Made by a program: the position numbers and the translations under genes. 64,000 nt of DNA from Amoebophrya sp. A120 (lineage: Eukaryota; Protista; Dinoflagellata), in NCBI GenBank assembly GCA_905178155.1, contig CAJINV010000011.1:1819216-1883215 (forward strand). The letters run 5' to 3'. Positions 12,101-21,627 of the stretch are shown piece after piece; the first letter of the stretch is position 1; the number at the start of each line of letters is the position of its first letter. The notes under the pieces are model-generated. The model worked only from the letters and a program-made list of their open reading frames with translations. It did no database searches and was not told the origin of the DNA.

Positions 12101-13276
12101 TTTGCAGTGCATAGTCGTCGAAATCCAGCAGGTCAAAATCGTTGGAATCCAACTGGGACTCCTTAATGCCCTTGGGGTATGCAGAGAAAAAAATTTTTAC
12201 TCGGAATTAATATACACGTTCTGTGCCACCTGTTGCTACTGAAAAAGCCGCTGGCGATTGAAGGTCAAACAGGATAAAAATGCAATGGAAAATGCAAAAA
12301 ATGTGCACACGACACAGAACGTCGAATTTAGCATTTTATCTTTCCCCTTCCATACTTTCCTGTCGAGCTTCACTTTCCGGTTCCGCAAGCTGCGGTTGCT
12401 TTCCTGCACGAAGTCGGCCATACTTATGCCCCGGTCGCGGAACAGCTCCTCGGGGTTCAGGCTCGCGAAGTACCGCTTTTGTCGCTCGACCGTCACCTTG
12501 CGGGGCTTGGTGCCGGGGGCGTGCGCGTACACCTCGATAACCTTCGGCTATGCAATGCAAAAGCATCGTACTCGTACTAATTGGAGCTATAATGCATTGC
12601 AAATTTTTTCTTAACGTAGATCCACATTACAAATTCAATTCAATTTGTAATGCTGAGCCAATTTGCATTGCAATTTATACTAGTACGATGCTTTTGCATT
12701 GCATATCGGCTCGATGGAGCCGATTTCTACTATCTGGGAATCCGGATACGCCAGATCCAATGCCTTCCCGTCGATTACCGTGTCTGTACCTGAAAGATGA
12801 CATCATTTTTCACGATGCTAAACCTGAAACGCATCCATAACCTAACCATAACCAAAACTACACGTACATCTACGTGTACATGTAGGTGTACATGTTGTGC
12901 CGCATTACAAATTCAATCTGCCATCCAAACACATCAAACCTTATCCTTGATATTCTGTACTTATCAACTTATCCGCGGAGCTGCGTTCCTGCCTGCCTTC
13001 GCCGTTGAGCGCCTTTATCTTGGTTCGCCCGGCGGCCTGCAGCTGCTCCAAATACGCGTTGCTGCGGCTGCGGCTCTCGTCGGACATGCGAAAGCTGCTG
13101 GCGGCCGCGCTGCCGTGCGTCCGGATGGGGCCCTCCCGCCAGCCCGGGCCCATGCGGCACCCCTCCACGTCCTCCTCATTGTGCTGGCGCAGGACCTCGG
13201 AAAAGATGCCCCGCTGCCGCGACTTCGGTTGCGGCTTCGCCGACGAAGAGGACGCTTTCGACGTGGGACCCTCCAT
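146..13276 (-). CDS. DNAH1: Axonemal inner-arm dynein heavy chain, DNAH1-like (multi-exon; 3' part runs off the left end of the window)
   Basis: Spliced exons give the N-terminal PGxKPRKVxVERQKRY and [14 protein letters not shown] motifs typical of DNAH1-type chains, the linker ([29 protein letters not shown]), AAA1 [22 protein letters not shown]2 [17 protein letters not shown]3 [16 protein letters not shown] and AAA4 [13 protein letters not shown] introns at about 890-1031, 1294-1478, 3344-3556, 4889-5052, 8519-8749, 9194-9369, 9667-9841, 10860-11011 and one ending ~12790 (donor not located). Most of the others are TIR introners. Start codon and exact ortholog are uncertain. Confidence 0.95.
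1801..2037. mobile_element. TIR introner (non-canonical intron) in dynein gene
   Basis: ~40-bp TIR tatggagctctcaactgttacattctcaactgttacatga; TSD aagga (1796-1800 and 2038-2042); removal gives FKIL|LEND in frame. Confidence 0.93.
2250..2516. mobile_element. TIR introner, tgcaaatatgtctgggtctggaa family
   Basis: tatgcattgcaaatatgtctgggtct ... agacccggacagttttgcacttcata; TSD gtatt/gtact; removal gives TWEY|PTRH. Confidence 0.88.
2576..2797. mobile_element. TIR introner in dynein gene
   Basis: 35-bp TIR tatga(a/c)agtgcacaactccccctccccctcatttg with 1 mismatch; TSD cttgc (2571-2575 and 2798-2802). Confidence 0.93.
3598..3767. mobile_element. TIR introner splitting the AAA2 FDGPVD motif
   Basis: ~50-bp imperfect TIR tatc(c)cacagaaaaaa(g)ctggcagg.catatttgtaatgcaaa; TSD tccgt; removal restores [14 protein letters not shown]. 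Confidence 0.93.
3822..4144. mobile_element. TIR introner in dynein gene
   Basis: tatcaaaaggaaaaatcccccctccccatatcgaa ... ttcgatatggggtggggggatttttgcattcaata; TSD gccac; removal gives [17 protein letters not shown]. Confidence 0.9.
5678..5826. mobile_element. TIR introner, tgcaaaagtatcgtactcgta family
   Basis: TIR tatg...tgcaaaagtatcgtactcgtataaatgca; TSD gatac; removal gives [14 protein letters not shown]. Confidence 0.93.
5905..6057. mobile_element. TIR introner, tgcaaaagtatcgtactcgta family
   Basis: tatgcattgcaaaagtatcgcactagta ... tacgagtacgatacttttcttgcccaggata; TSD ttctc; removal gives YWEKLGEQL. Confidence 0.88.
6110..6364. mobile_element. TIR introner, tgcaaatatgtctgggtctggaa family
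   Basis: 30-bp TIR tatcaa(c/a)tg(c/t)aaaaatgtctgggtctggaa; TSD ctcgt; removal gives HWTDEVEEAI. Confidence 0.93.
6659..6927. mobile_element. TIR introner in dynein gene
   Basis: tatcccgtgtaaaaacattcccaccccagag ... ctctggtgtggggacgtttttaatcaggata; TSD aggaa; removal restores [13 protein letters not shown]. Confidence 0.92.
7991..8278. mobile_element. TIR introner, tgcaaatatgtctgggtctggaa family
   Basis: tatccagtgcagatatgtctgggtctggaa ... ttccagacccagacatatttgcaatgcata; TSD ctcca/ttcca; removal gives FGVEPHDYG. Confidence 0.92.
8887..9048. mobile_element. TIR introner (degenerate), tgcaaaagtatcgtac family
   Basis: tatgcattgcaaaagtatcgtac ... gtacgatgctgttgcattcgata; eroded TSD cccat/cactt; removal gives LLKLE|GEAKKVF. 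Confidence 0.8.
10087..10360. mobile_element. TIR introner, tgcaaa..tgtctgggtctggaa family
   Basis: ~31-bp TIR tatcaaatgcaaaagtgtct(g/c)ggtctggaag; TSD tcgtt; removal gives ELKVNENKEQ. Confidence 0.93.
10415..10623. mobile_element. TIR introner in dynein gene
   Basis: tatgcaaggaaaaaactgtgtaagtgtaa ... ttacacttacacagtctttttcctggata; TSD aaagc; removal gives [11 protein letters not shown]. Confidence 0.92.
11955..12113. mobile_element. TIR introner, tgcaaaag(c/t)atcgtactcgta family
   Basis: TIR tatgcactgcaaaag(c/t)atcg(c/t)actcgta; TSD gtcgt; removal gives LDFDDTEYDVR. Confidence 0.93.
12549..12705. mobile_element. TIR introner, tgcaaaagcatcgtact family
   Basis: TIR tatgcaatgcaaaagcatcgtact(c/a)gta; TSD tcggc; removal gives [11 protein letters not shown]. 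Confidence 0.93.
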
Positions 13277-15004
13277 CGGTTTCAGGATGTGATGTGCAAG
13301 CGGAAGAAGTGCCGGCTGGCTCCTGCTTTCTTCACCTCTCCGTGGTGCGTCGGTGGCCCTCGTAGTTTCGCAGGTCCTGCTTTATGCTGGCGGAGAGACC
13401 CGAGGAAGGAAGATCACGGGCTCCTCCATACGGAGGACGACGTCGGTGTTGAGCATCTTTAATTTTTGTCTATCTTCATCACATGCCCTTGTGGCCGATC
13501 GGCTGACCCTGCTGACCTCCAGCTACAAAATGGATGATGGAAAATTTGCCATACTGCATAAGACATGCAGTGACTTACTTTTAGAACAAGAAGTGGCGCA
13601 GCTGGGTGTTACACAGCAGGCTCGTGAAGACGACGCGAAACAAGAGCCAGCTGTGAGACTTTAATGCAAAGATCCCGGCGTCATCTTTAGCTTTGCCTGC
13701 AGTCGGGGCATGCTAGTTGATGCTGCGCTCTATCAATACGATTCTCCAAGCGAACAAAAAACGCCCCTTCGACTTTTTGTCTTACGTCGCGCTCTTCTCG
13801 TGCTCCTCTCATCTCATCTTTGCTCATTCTCATTCTCATTCTCGCTTCTCGAAGTTGTGGTCGAAATATGTAATGTTGCTCCAGGGTCTACCGCGGTGGC
13901 AAGGTCACTCGAAAACACTATAAGTAGATGGCCTTTCAACGCATTAAGACCACTCTGCAACAGAGGACATGTCTCGAGGTCTAGAGCTCTTCTTCTGCAG
14001 GGTGCTCAACGCCTCATACCTAGCGCAATCGCTTCAACTTACAGAACCTCCCAACGACGAGCGCAGGCGGTCAAGGCAAGGTGGCGGCGCCATTTGCGGC
14101 GGCGGTGCCCAACCTGTATCGATCGAAAGAACGACTCCGCTGGGCCGCCGGCCCACAGTCTCTCTGTGTCCCCGACCAGAGGGCCGGCGCCTTGGCCGCT
14201 CCCCTCCCAAAAACGACAGCGGGCACACCCGCCGGTAGGGGGAGGCTGGCAATTTATTTGCGCGGCGCGCCGCGCCCCGCCCAACAATAGACTTCACCGC
14301 AGACAGTCTGGACGAGGGAGGGCAGAATGAAATACGGGCGCCCCAACGGGCGCACGCGGCAGCAACTGCGCGGGCCGGGGGTGGCACACGAGGCCGGGCG
14401 GGCCGACCGGTATCGTACTGGCGCAATGAATCCGCGCGGCAGAGGCCGCCGGGGGGGCGGCATAGGGGGGCAAGGCAGGGAGGGCCCGGACGGGGCGGCC
14501 TCGCCTGCTGCCTGCCTACTTCCTTGGCCTTGGGCGGGCGCCATCACTTCCTGCTTCGTATTTATTGCTTTGACTTCGCAGCCAGCAATGGCCGCCGAGG
14601 CCGCGTCGCACAGTCCGAAGACAAATCCCGAGATGCCCGCGCCCCGCGTGATTCTGACCGCGCCGGCATCAGAGACCTCGCACGCCGGTGCGCGAATAGG
14701 GCGCCGTCGCAGGTACGCCCTTTCATCCAGCATACCTTAGCTGCACAAAGGCAAAGTCGTGGCGCTGCCACTACTTTATTTGGTGCCGCGAAACAACAAC
14801 AGCGGCGCCCTCCTACTCGGAGGTAGCCCGCCGAACGACCCTGCTTCCAACGCGTGCGCCGCTTCGTTCACACATCAACACGCCCGGAAAGGGTAGCGCA
14901 TGGCGCTCTGTGGCACGCCTAGGGTCGTGGAAGCATGATGGGGAAGCGAATGCTTTCGACACCGCTCGCGAGCCCGACTGCAAGAAGCCATTTTTGACTT
15001 GATC

Positions 15005-15498
15005 AACGAACGAAGATATTTCTACACCTTTTCTCACACTCAGTTTTCATTTTCCCCATTACCACCTCTCACGTATCTATTCTCGCCTGGTGTCAGTACT
15101 TCGAACATAGATTGAAAAACCGAAAAGAATGAAGATCTTGGATCTCCTCCTCGTGGTTTTTATTTACCACTGCTGCTTTTTTACCCTGTGGCTGCCTTGT
15201 TCGGACAGTGAAATGTTGCATCAGGAGCTTTCGTTTTTGTACGCAAGACGAAAGAGACGGAAAAACCAGATTTGTAATGCGGAACGCCAAAAGTTGACAA
15301 ACAGAGATTATTTTTCCACATGAACATAAAAAAGAGCTTGACTTTTGTGCCCGTTTAGTCGTGTTTCACCAATCTGTCATGGTAAATAAAAGGCGAAATA
15401 GAGTGTGGCTTGCTGCTGTGGCGCGTGTGGGCAGCAATGCAGATTAAAAATCTGTGATGCTGAAAGAGGAAAAGTTTGTTCTTTTTCCGAGGCCTGAT
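15005..15498. repeat. Terminal direct repeat (pseudo-LTR), 3' copy
   Basis: aacgaacgaagata...ccgaggcctgat; matches 21628-22121 with only 3 substitutions seen by eye. Confidence 0.95.
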
Positions 15499-15680
15499 TA
15501 GAAACGCCATAAATAAGATTCCTTGCTCTTCGAAAAGTAAAACGACAACCATAAAAGACTTACTATACCACTATTGCCTTGCGTTAACTAAATATCCTGA
15601 TGGGGTTCAACATGCCGTCGCGTAAGTGCATTACAAAGGCTTCTATGTAGCATTTTCGGAGTAGCGACGGAGCGAGGAGT

Positions 15681-18600
15681 TTATACCGGTGACGCAGTCT
15701 CTGCGTCGCTGCTGTTCTCTTGGTCCTCTGCGTTGATACGAAGCGACGCTTCGTAACACAGACGCCCGTACTCAATCCCCCTCCTCATTTTACTCGACAA
15801 AAATGACTGTTTTGGAATTTCCGCTTTCGAAGGAAGTGCCTCCGTAGAAATTCCTTTGTCCGAAATCCAGTATCTAATCCCAATTACGTGTCCCTCCGCG
15901 GTTGTATCCGATAGCTTACACCCCCGATAAAACTCCTCCTTCAATTTCCCCGGCTCGATACCACGCAACAACAAGCGGATGAGGGTGAGGTCGTCGATGT
16001 AGCGTTTATGGCACAGGACGCCCCTCCTCCCGTAGCGGCTGCGTGGGTCTCCGTATGTTGCGGCTATCGTTCCACCCCTCTCCGCATTTATCCCAAACGC
16101 GTTGCTCACCTCGACCATCAATGGTGACCCCATCGGCCCGCCCCCAACCTGTCGCGCGATCAGGCCCATGCAGCGGCAGATAGCAAAAGTAGCGTCAAGC
16201 TTGAGACACCGCAAGACGAGATCAATATCGATGTGCCAGAAGTGTTTGTTGTCCGGCTTGTCCTTCAAGAACTGGATATTCCTCCGCGGTTTGGGTCGTG
16301 CGCGTGCTATCAGTGACGTCATTTTGATCTTCCTGTGGTACAACTTGCCAGCGCGCTGCTTGGGGTTTTCCTGCCTGTGCTCCTCGACCCTTTGGAGGTA
16401 GGGCGTGTTCTTTTCTACCGCGACAAACTGCGTCCCGTACCCCTTAAGCTGTTGCACTCTTTCGCCGACAATCTGCATCGCGTCAGCAACTGAGCACCTA
16501 GTGAAGAAGTCTTTGACGTCAGCAGTCTGTATTGCTATTTGCAGTCTTTGTCGCTCCTCTGGTGGGAGGTCACGCCAGAACTTGTTTATCTGCTCAAACT
16601 CCGCGATGAGCTCTTGCTGCGTGCTGAAGAGGAAGTTTTTGTAGTCGACGTCGAGGATCCGCCGGATGACCCTCGCGACTGTGGAGAAATGCCCGCCGTA
16701 GATGTGCTTGAAGTAGCTCGTTATCGGTCGGAATGCTATTGCCCCGCCCTTCAAGTCTGTGACCTTTAAACTCCTCCCCCTAGTCACCTCGTCAAACAGT
16801 CGCTTCTTCAGCATGATCTTCAAGAACGGCCAGCGGTGGAACTTGCGGAAGCGGATGTTTGTGAGGTCCTTGGTTTTATTCTCCTTTGCAATCGAAAAGA
16901 AGCCTCCCTGCACGTCTGTGTCGTACTGCGCTAGACCTCCCCAGCCTGGAATCAACTCGTAGTCACCCTGAAGGTGGTTGATCATGCAGTGGCTGATTAT
17001 TCGGTCACAACAGAAGAAGACGCTCCGCGACTTGTCAACCTCCCCTGTGTAGCAGTGCGCCGCCAGAAGCTTAGCAACGTCCGTCACGTCGTCCTCCGTG
17101 CAGTAGGACTTACGCCTTTCCCAGTCGATCGACTTCGTTGCTATCTCCTTATCCTCTTTCTCTCCTCCTAGTGGTATGAGGCCTGGCTGTTTGGAGAATT
17201 GTTTTCTGGCTCTTCCTACTGCTGTGGCGACTTGTCCTCGGGTCGGCGCGAATGTAGCAATCCTGGTCCAGTTTACTTCTTTTCCCTGGTGTGTTGCAAG
17301 TGTGAAGCCCGACGAAACAGGCTCACAGCAAATATGTCCGTCGATCGTAGGCAACCACGGATGCCGCTCCTTCAGTTCCTGGCAAGAACAGCGAAGCGGC
17401 AGGTCGTTCCTGATCCTGTACGCAGTGTTCCGGTGCCAATCCGCCAGCTTCGTGCCGAACATGTCCAAAAACTTCTTTCCCCTGGATTTCTTAATCCGCA
17501 GGACACGCACCGGGCCGCACCTCAGCTCTTGGTGTGTAAGCATGCGCGAAAACATGCGGCGCAGGTTGTTGAGCAGCATCGGCGTGGTCTCTGGGAGGCG
17601 GATTGTTGTGACGATGATCTTGGAGCCGCTAACAGTGGCGTCAAGGTTGGAGCGGAAAATGTAGTACTTGCCAGTAGGGAGGAGGCGTTTTGCGTGGCTG
17701 TGCAGCTGTGTAACTTCTCGCGCCGTCTTCGCCCGTAGGTAGGAGCTGATACTGTTAGACAGTCCAATCCTCTTAGACATGGACAGGATGACCCGCGCTT
17801 CTTCATCTACAAAATCCGGCAAGTCCCACTGCGCCATGGCTTCGAAAGCACGCGCGGGCTCCTTGTCGGATATCTCGAATTGTCGGCAAGGGTGTCCAGA
17901 GGTGCGTGTACTCTTGAAAACTTTCCGCCGCGGGTGTGTGATGATGAACGTCTTCACCACCCCCGCCCTGCTCTTCTCGTGTTCGCGGACAGCAGCCCCC
18001 TGGGTGTTGCTTGTCGCATGGAAATACTGGATCAAGATGCGCTCCCCCACTGCTAAGTTTGCCTCCTTCTTCACCGGCGCGTGCATGAGTTTCACTACTA
18101 TCCAGTTCGGCTCGCCGTCTCGGTGGAACAAGCCGACGAGCTTGTTCTTCCTCCCCTCTTCCGCTGCCGCCATCCAATGTGACTCCACCCGGTCTAGTTT
18201 CGCCTTGGTTGTCCTCCCCACGTAAGTTTTCCTCGTTCCCGGCCGCCATGCAAGATACAACACGTGCGTCTCCCTTTCATCCTCTGCGTTCGTGCTCGCT
18301 ATCATGCGGCAAATTCGAATTTTTTCCCGTAGCCTGTTGGTGAAGCGAGTATTACTAAGTTCTAAAATCTGCATCATGAGCTGCTCATCCATTTGAAAAA
18401 GCTGTTTTCGGATCTCTTTCAAAAAAGAACGAAAGGGGGGCCGTTGTGCTGCTTGTTGTTGTCCTCGCCGCTGTGGATCTGCCCAGCTCGGAAATAGTTG
18501 ATCCCTGCTCCTCGTGTGTCTGCAGTCCACCTTTCCCCACCTATCCCTCCGGATTTCAACACAACATCCGCAGTCCTTCGTCTTTTTACAATAGCAGCAC

Positions 18601-18788
18601 TTCTGGTAGTTTTCCATCCTCTTCAGTGTGTAGTTCCCAATTCCCGCCTTGATGTTCTGCACCTCGTAAAGCCGTGCAAGAGATGGAGATGTAGTTTGTA
18701 GCTGTTCGTTCAAAATTTCCAAAAAATTTAAGATGTCGCATTTTCCATACCGGAATCTGCACAGTACCCGTGAGTCGTCGTTCATCAT
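15681..18788 (-). CDS. GIY-YIG endonuclease + reverse transcriptase polyprotein (Penelope-like, ~1035 aa from the first ATG; frame open to 19052)
   Basis: VLYLAW-x6-YVGRT...R...H...E...N (GIY-YIG); Cys clusters CCYCKKTKDCGCC and CSC...GHICC; VDK motif; RPITS; DVKDFFTR (RT motif A); QVGGGPMGSPL (motif B); RYIDDL (motif C). No RNase H or integrase is evident. Confidence 0.9.
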   Translation of the reverse strand: MMNDDSRVLCRFRYGKCDILNFLEILNEQLQTTSPSLARLYEVQNIKAGIGNYTLKRMENYQKCCYCKKTKDCGCCVEIRRDRWGKVDCRHTRSRDQLFPSWADPQRRGQQQAAQRPPFRSFLKEIRKQLFQMDEQLMMQILELSNTRFTNRLREKIRICRMIASTNAEDERETHVLYLAWRPGTRKTYVGRTTKAKLDRVESHWMAAAEEGRKNKLVGLFHRDGEPNWIVVKLMHAPVKKEANLAVGERILIQYFHATSNTQGAAVREHEKSRAGVVKTFIITHPRRKVFKSTRTSGHPCRQFEISDKEPARAFEAMAQWDLPDFVDEEARVILSMSKRIGLSNSISSYLRAKTAREVTQLHSHAKRLLPTGKYYIFRSNLDATVSGSKIIVTTIRLPETTPMLLNNLRRMFSRMLTHQELRCGPVRVLRIKKSRGKKFLDMFGTKLADWHRNTAYRIRNDLPLRCSCQELKERHPWLPTIDGHICCEPVSSGFTLATHQGKEVNWTRIATFAPTRGQVATAVGRARKQFSKQPGLIPLGGEKEDKEIATKSIDWERRKSYCTEDDVTDVAKLLAAHCYTGEVDKSRSVFFCCDRIISHCMINHLQGDYELIPGWGGLAQYDTDVQGGFFSIAKENKTKDLTNIRFRKFHRWPFLKIMLKKRLFDEVTRGRSLKVTDLKGGAIAFRPITSYFKHIYGGHFSTVARVIRRILDVDYKNFLFSTQQELIAEFEQINKFWRDLPPEERQRLQIAIQTADVKDFFTRCSVADAMQIVGERVQQLKGYGTQFVAVEKNTPYLQRVEEHRQENPKQRAGKLYHRKIKMTSLIARARPKPRRNIQFLKDKPDNKHFWHIDIDLVLRCLKLDATFAICRCMGLIARQVGGGPMGSPLMVEVSNAFGINAERGGTIAATYGDPRSRYGRRGVLCHKRYIDDLTLIRLLLRGIEPGKLKEEFYRGCKLSDTTAEGHVIGIRYWISDKGISTEALPSKAEIPKQSFLSSKMRRGIEYGRLCYEASLRINAEDQENSSDAETASPV

Positions 18789-19011
18789 TATAAAAGAAGT
18801 CGCCCGCTTGTTGTTCGTGAAGAAGTTTCCTGCACTTTGGCAGGTTGTAGAAGTCGAGATGATAGTGGTCGTTTTTGTATAGTTGTTTTTTACGCCAGTT
18901 GTAGCGTATACTGTCAGTCCGCAAGTTGCTCGTAGAAAATAAAAAATAAACCCGTTCAAAATCTTTCCTGCATAGAAACTTCTGAATTGATAACCCCCCG
19001 CTGACGTGCCC

Positions 19012-20697
19012 TCAGTAAAGGTTGAACACCGACGAACTGCTTCCACCACCACCTCGTCCCTGGTCCCGCACCAAATTCTTCTCGTGGCGCTGCTTGTCCA
19101 CCTTCTCCTTCTGTTCGCGAATGAAGTTGATCAGCAGGATCACCACCCAGGACGTCGCCATGGAAATACAAAAATCCTTGCCATCCTCATCGACAAACAT
19201 CTGCTCCGGCACCAGCTTCCCGTTGTAGGACTCGATCACGGAATGAAAATACTTCACGTTCGTCACCGGCATGCCCTCGCACTCGTGGAATTCCTTGATG
19301 ATCATCTCAGTGGTTGCCTGCAAGTTCTCCAACGGCAGGATCTGTCCGATTATCCAGAAGCCTTGGCACAGGGCGACCCACTCCTCTTTCAGGGTTTCGA
19401 CAGCGGTGCTGCGCAACTCCAGGACTCCGATGCTAATCTCCTCCTGTATCTGTTCCGCGTCCTCCTTAAAAATCGTCGCGAGGGTATCCACAGTCGCCGG
19501 CCACTGAAATAAGTTGTCAAGCGTGTTCTGCTCCTCCCGGAAAACCTTTGTGTAGTGTTGCAGACCGCGGAAGGAGATGGGGTTTTGCTTCCCAAACATC
19601 TCCGCATACTTCGCCTCGAACATGCTATTCACCTGTGCCGGCAATAACTCCTCCGCGAAGTTTTCAATTTCTTCAGCCGACTTCTGGCAGTACAACTGGA
19701 ATTGACTGGGCGGCGTTTTCTCTCCAATGTTGTACCGCTCCGGGTGTTTGCTGAGTTTCTCCATGTTGTTCTGATTGTTATCACCCTCATCGTCGGACAC
19801 GTAACCCCTGTTGCGTCGTAGCGGATTGTTGTACTTGTTATCGGCGAAAGTAGCGCGCCGCATCTTCTCGTGGGTGTCATCACCTCCTTTCCCATTAGAG
19901 TTGCGGTCTCTCTTCCCCGATGCTGATCCGAAGAAGCCGGCCGAGGTGCCGAAGTCCGTGGAAGGAAAGAAGGAGAACTGTTGCCCTTTTCCTGTGGTCT
20001 GTGCCTCCTGCAATTTAATTTGTTTCTCCAAGATCTCATTTCTCAGCCGCATCTTCTCCAACTCGGTGTCTGTCGCCGCGTCACTGCTCCCTCCACCACT
20101 GCTCATCCGGGCGGACTTCTTCCAGTTGACCGGTCTTGCTGTTCCGCGCCAGTTCACCTGATTGAGCCACTCACTCTCCCCCGGATCACCGTGTTTGTTT
20201 TTGACCTCCTCGACCACCATCTGCAGCTGCTGCTTGAAGATCTCCATCGCCGCGTCGTCCCCACTTTTGTACAGCATGTCCATGAGCGAGGCGGCCTGTG
20301 CGATGTCGACGCAGTGCAGCCGGGGCACCGGGATCGGCACGTACCTGTTGATCAGGCCTGGTTTTTCTAGTTTGTCCGCTTTTTCAATCTGTTGGTAGCA
20401 ATCGCGCATGGCAGGAAGGACGCCGAACTTGTACATCGTCGCGACCGAGACCGAGCGAGCGTCGAAGTCGAAAAAGACCATGCCGTGGCGATACGAGTCG
20501 TAGTCACAAGCATCCTTATCATCTACCGGCTGCGCGAAACCTCCCTTCGGTTGCTGTTGCTGTCCAAAACCACCAAGGCCGCCGCCAAATCCCTTCCCTC
20601 CGGTCAGCATAGCAAGCCCCAGACTTTGCATGGGGTTGGAAAACATGTTTGCACCGGTGGCCGGAGCCTGAGCAGACGCAACCTGGAAATCCGGCAT
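19012..20697 (-). CDS. ORF1 of the retroelement (561 aa; Gly/Gln-rich N-terminus, predicted coiled coil; unknown function)
   Basis: Uninterrupted 561-aa ORF inside the terminal repeats, co-oriented with and just upstream of the RT ORF; heptad-like ELEKMRLRNEILEKQIKLQE. Confidence 0.75.
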   Translation of the reverse strand: MPDFQVASAQAPATGANMFSNPMQSLGLAMLTGGKGFGGGLGGFGQQQQPKGGFAQPVDDKDACDYDSYRHGMVFFDFDARSVSVATMYKFGVLPAMRDCYQQIEKADKLEKPGLINRYVPIPVPRLHCVDIAQAASLMDMLYKSGDDAAMEIFKQQLQMVVEEVKNKHGDPGESEWLNQVNWRGTARPVNWKKSARMSSGGGSSDAATDTELEKMRLRNEILEKQIKLQEAQTTGKGQQFSFFPSTDFGTSAGFFGSASGKRDRNSNGKGGDDTHEKMRRATFADNKYNNPLRRNRGYVSDDEGDNNQNNMEKLSKHPERYNIGEKTPPSQFQLYCQKSAEEIENFAEELLPAQVNSMFEAKYAEMFGKQNPISFRGLQHYTKVFREEQNTLDNLFQWPATVDTLATIFKEDAEQIQEEISIGVLELRSTAVETLKEEWVALCQGFWIIGQILPLENLQATTEMIIKEFHECEGMPVTNVKYFHSVIESYNGKLVPEQMFVDEDGKDFCISMATSWVVILLINFIREQKEKVDKQRHEKNLVRDQGRGGGGSSSSVFNLY

Positions 20698-21627
20698 CTT
20701 GTCGCTGGTGGTAATGGGGAAAGACGGCTAGTCGCAGAAGGTGTAATTAAAATACGCAAGAGAATGCTTCTAAAAGAGAGTGCAGCCAGTTACAGACGAA
20801 GTAGGTAAAATTATGTTAGACAGCATGTGTGTAAGGCACTAGGATATAACAAGAAGTAGAAGAACGGAGTAACAACAACACGCTCTAAGAAGACCACAAA
20901 CAAAAAGGTAAGAAGCGAACAACTGCGGGCGACTTCACGGAAACTCACCCCGAATACATCGGGCAACTTACTTTCAAACGGGACCTTTTTCAATCTTGAT
21001 CGGCAACGCGCAGATCAAGAGAAAGAAATATCCTGCAGATATAGCCGCGCGGAGCATTAAAAAATTACACATCTCTCTAGTTTTATTTTGCAAGTAATCA
21101 TTTTTAGAGTGGGACCAGGCGAGTTGGAAAAGAAGCAGCAAAATTGGCAGAATTCCTGCTTTTTCCTTGCCTTGTAAAGCCTAAATGAACCGATATAGGT
21201 GGGGACAAGTCGTGTTATATGAGGTAGCAAAGATGCAGAAAAATGGAGCGCGTCGTCGGTGTTGAGAGAATAAAAATCACCTCGTCCCCCAACACCTCTT
21301 TACAGTCCTAAACCCGCCGACCTGAGTACACGCTTTTTTACCTAAACTGCCATACAAAAGCGTCAGAGTCACCGGATTAGCTCGGCGGAACAAGGACAGC
21401 AATACAACACAGGTATCAAAAGCAAAGCACCAGTGGAGCCACAGGGTATACTCAAGCAGGGTAAGAAACAGATTGGCTATCGTGTGTTTTTGTATCGTGC
21501 TCTCCGCCAACTTGGGATGCGTGTACTTGCAGCGTCTTTTACTTAGTCGTCCTGTGTCTGTTTTTTCTAATAAAAAGGTAAAAAAGTTTACAACATAACC
21601 CGGAAAGTCTCCTTATATGCCGTTTTT

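Noticed and set aside
146-13276. Dynein as a frameshifted pseudogene or several separate genes
   Set aside because: Nearly every break is explained by a GT-AG intron or a TIR/TSD element whose removal restores the frame and conserved motifs.
15093-15323. Small ORFs (64-65 aa) duplicated at 21716-21946
   Set aside because: They are identical only because they lie in the terminal repeats; there is no other coding evidence.
15005-15700. Hammerhead ribozyme in the pseudo-LTR
   Set aside because: No CUGANGA...GAAA core was found by eye on either strand. A covariance-model search is needed to exclude variants.
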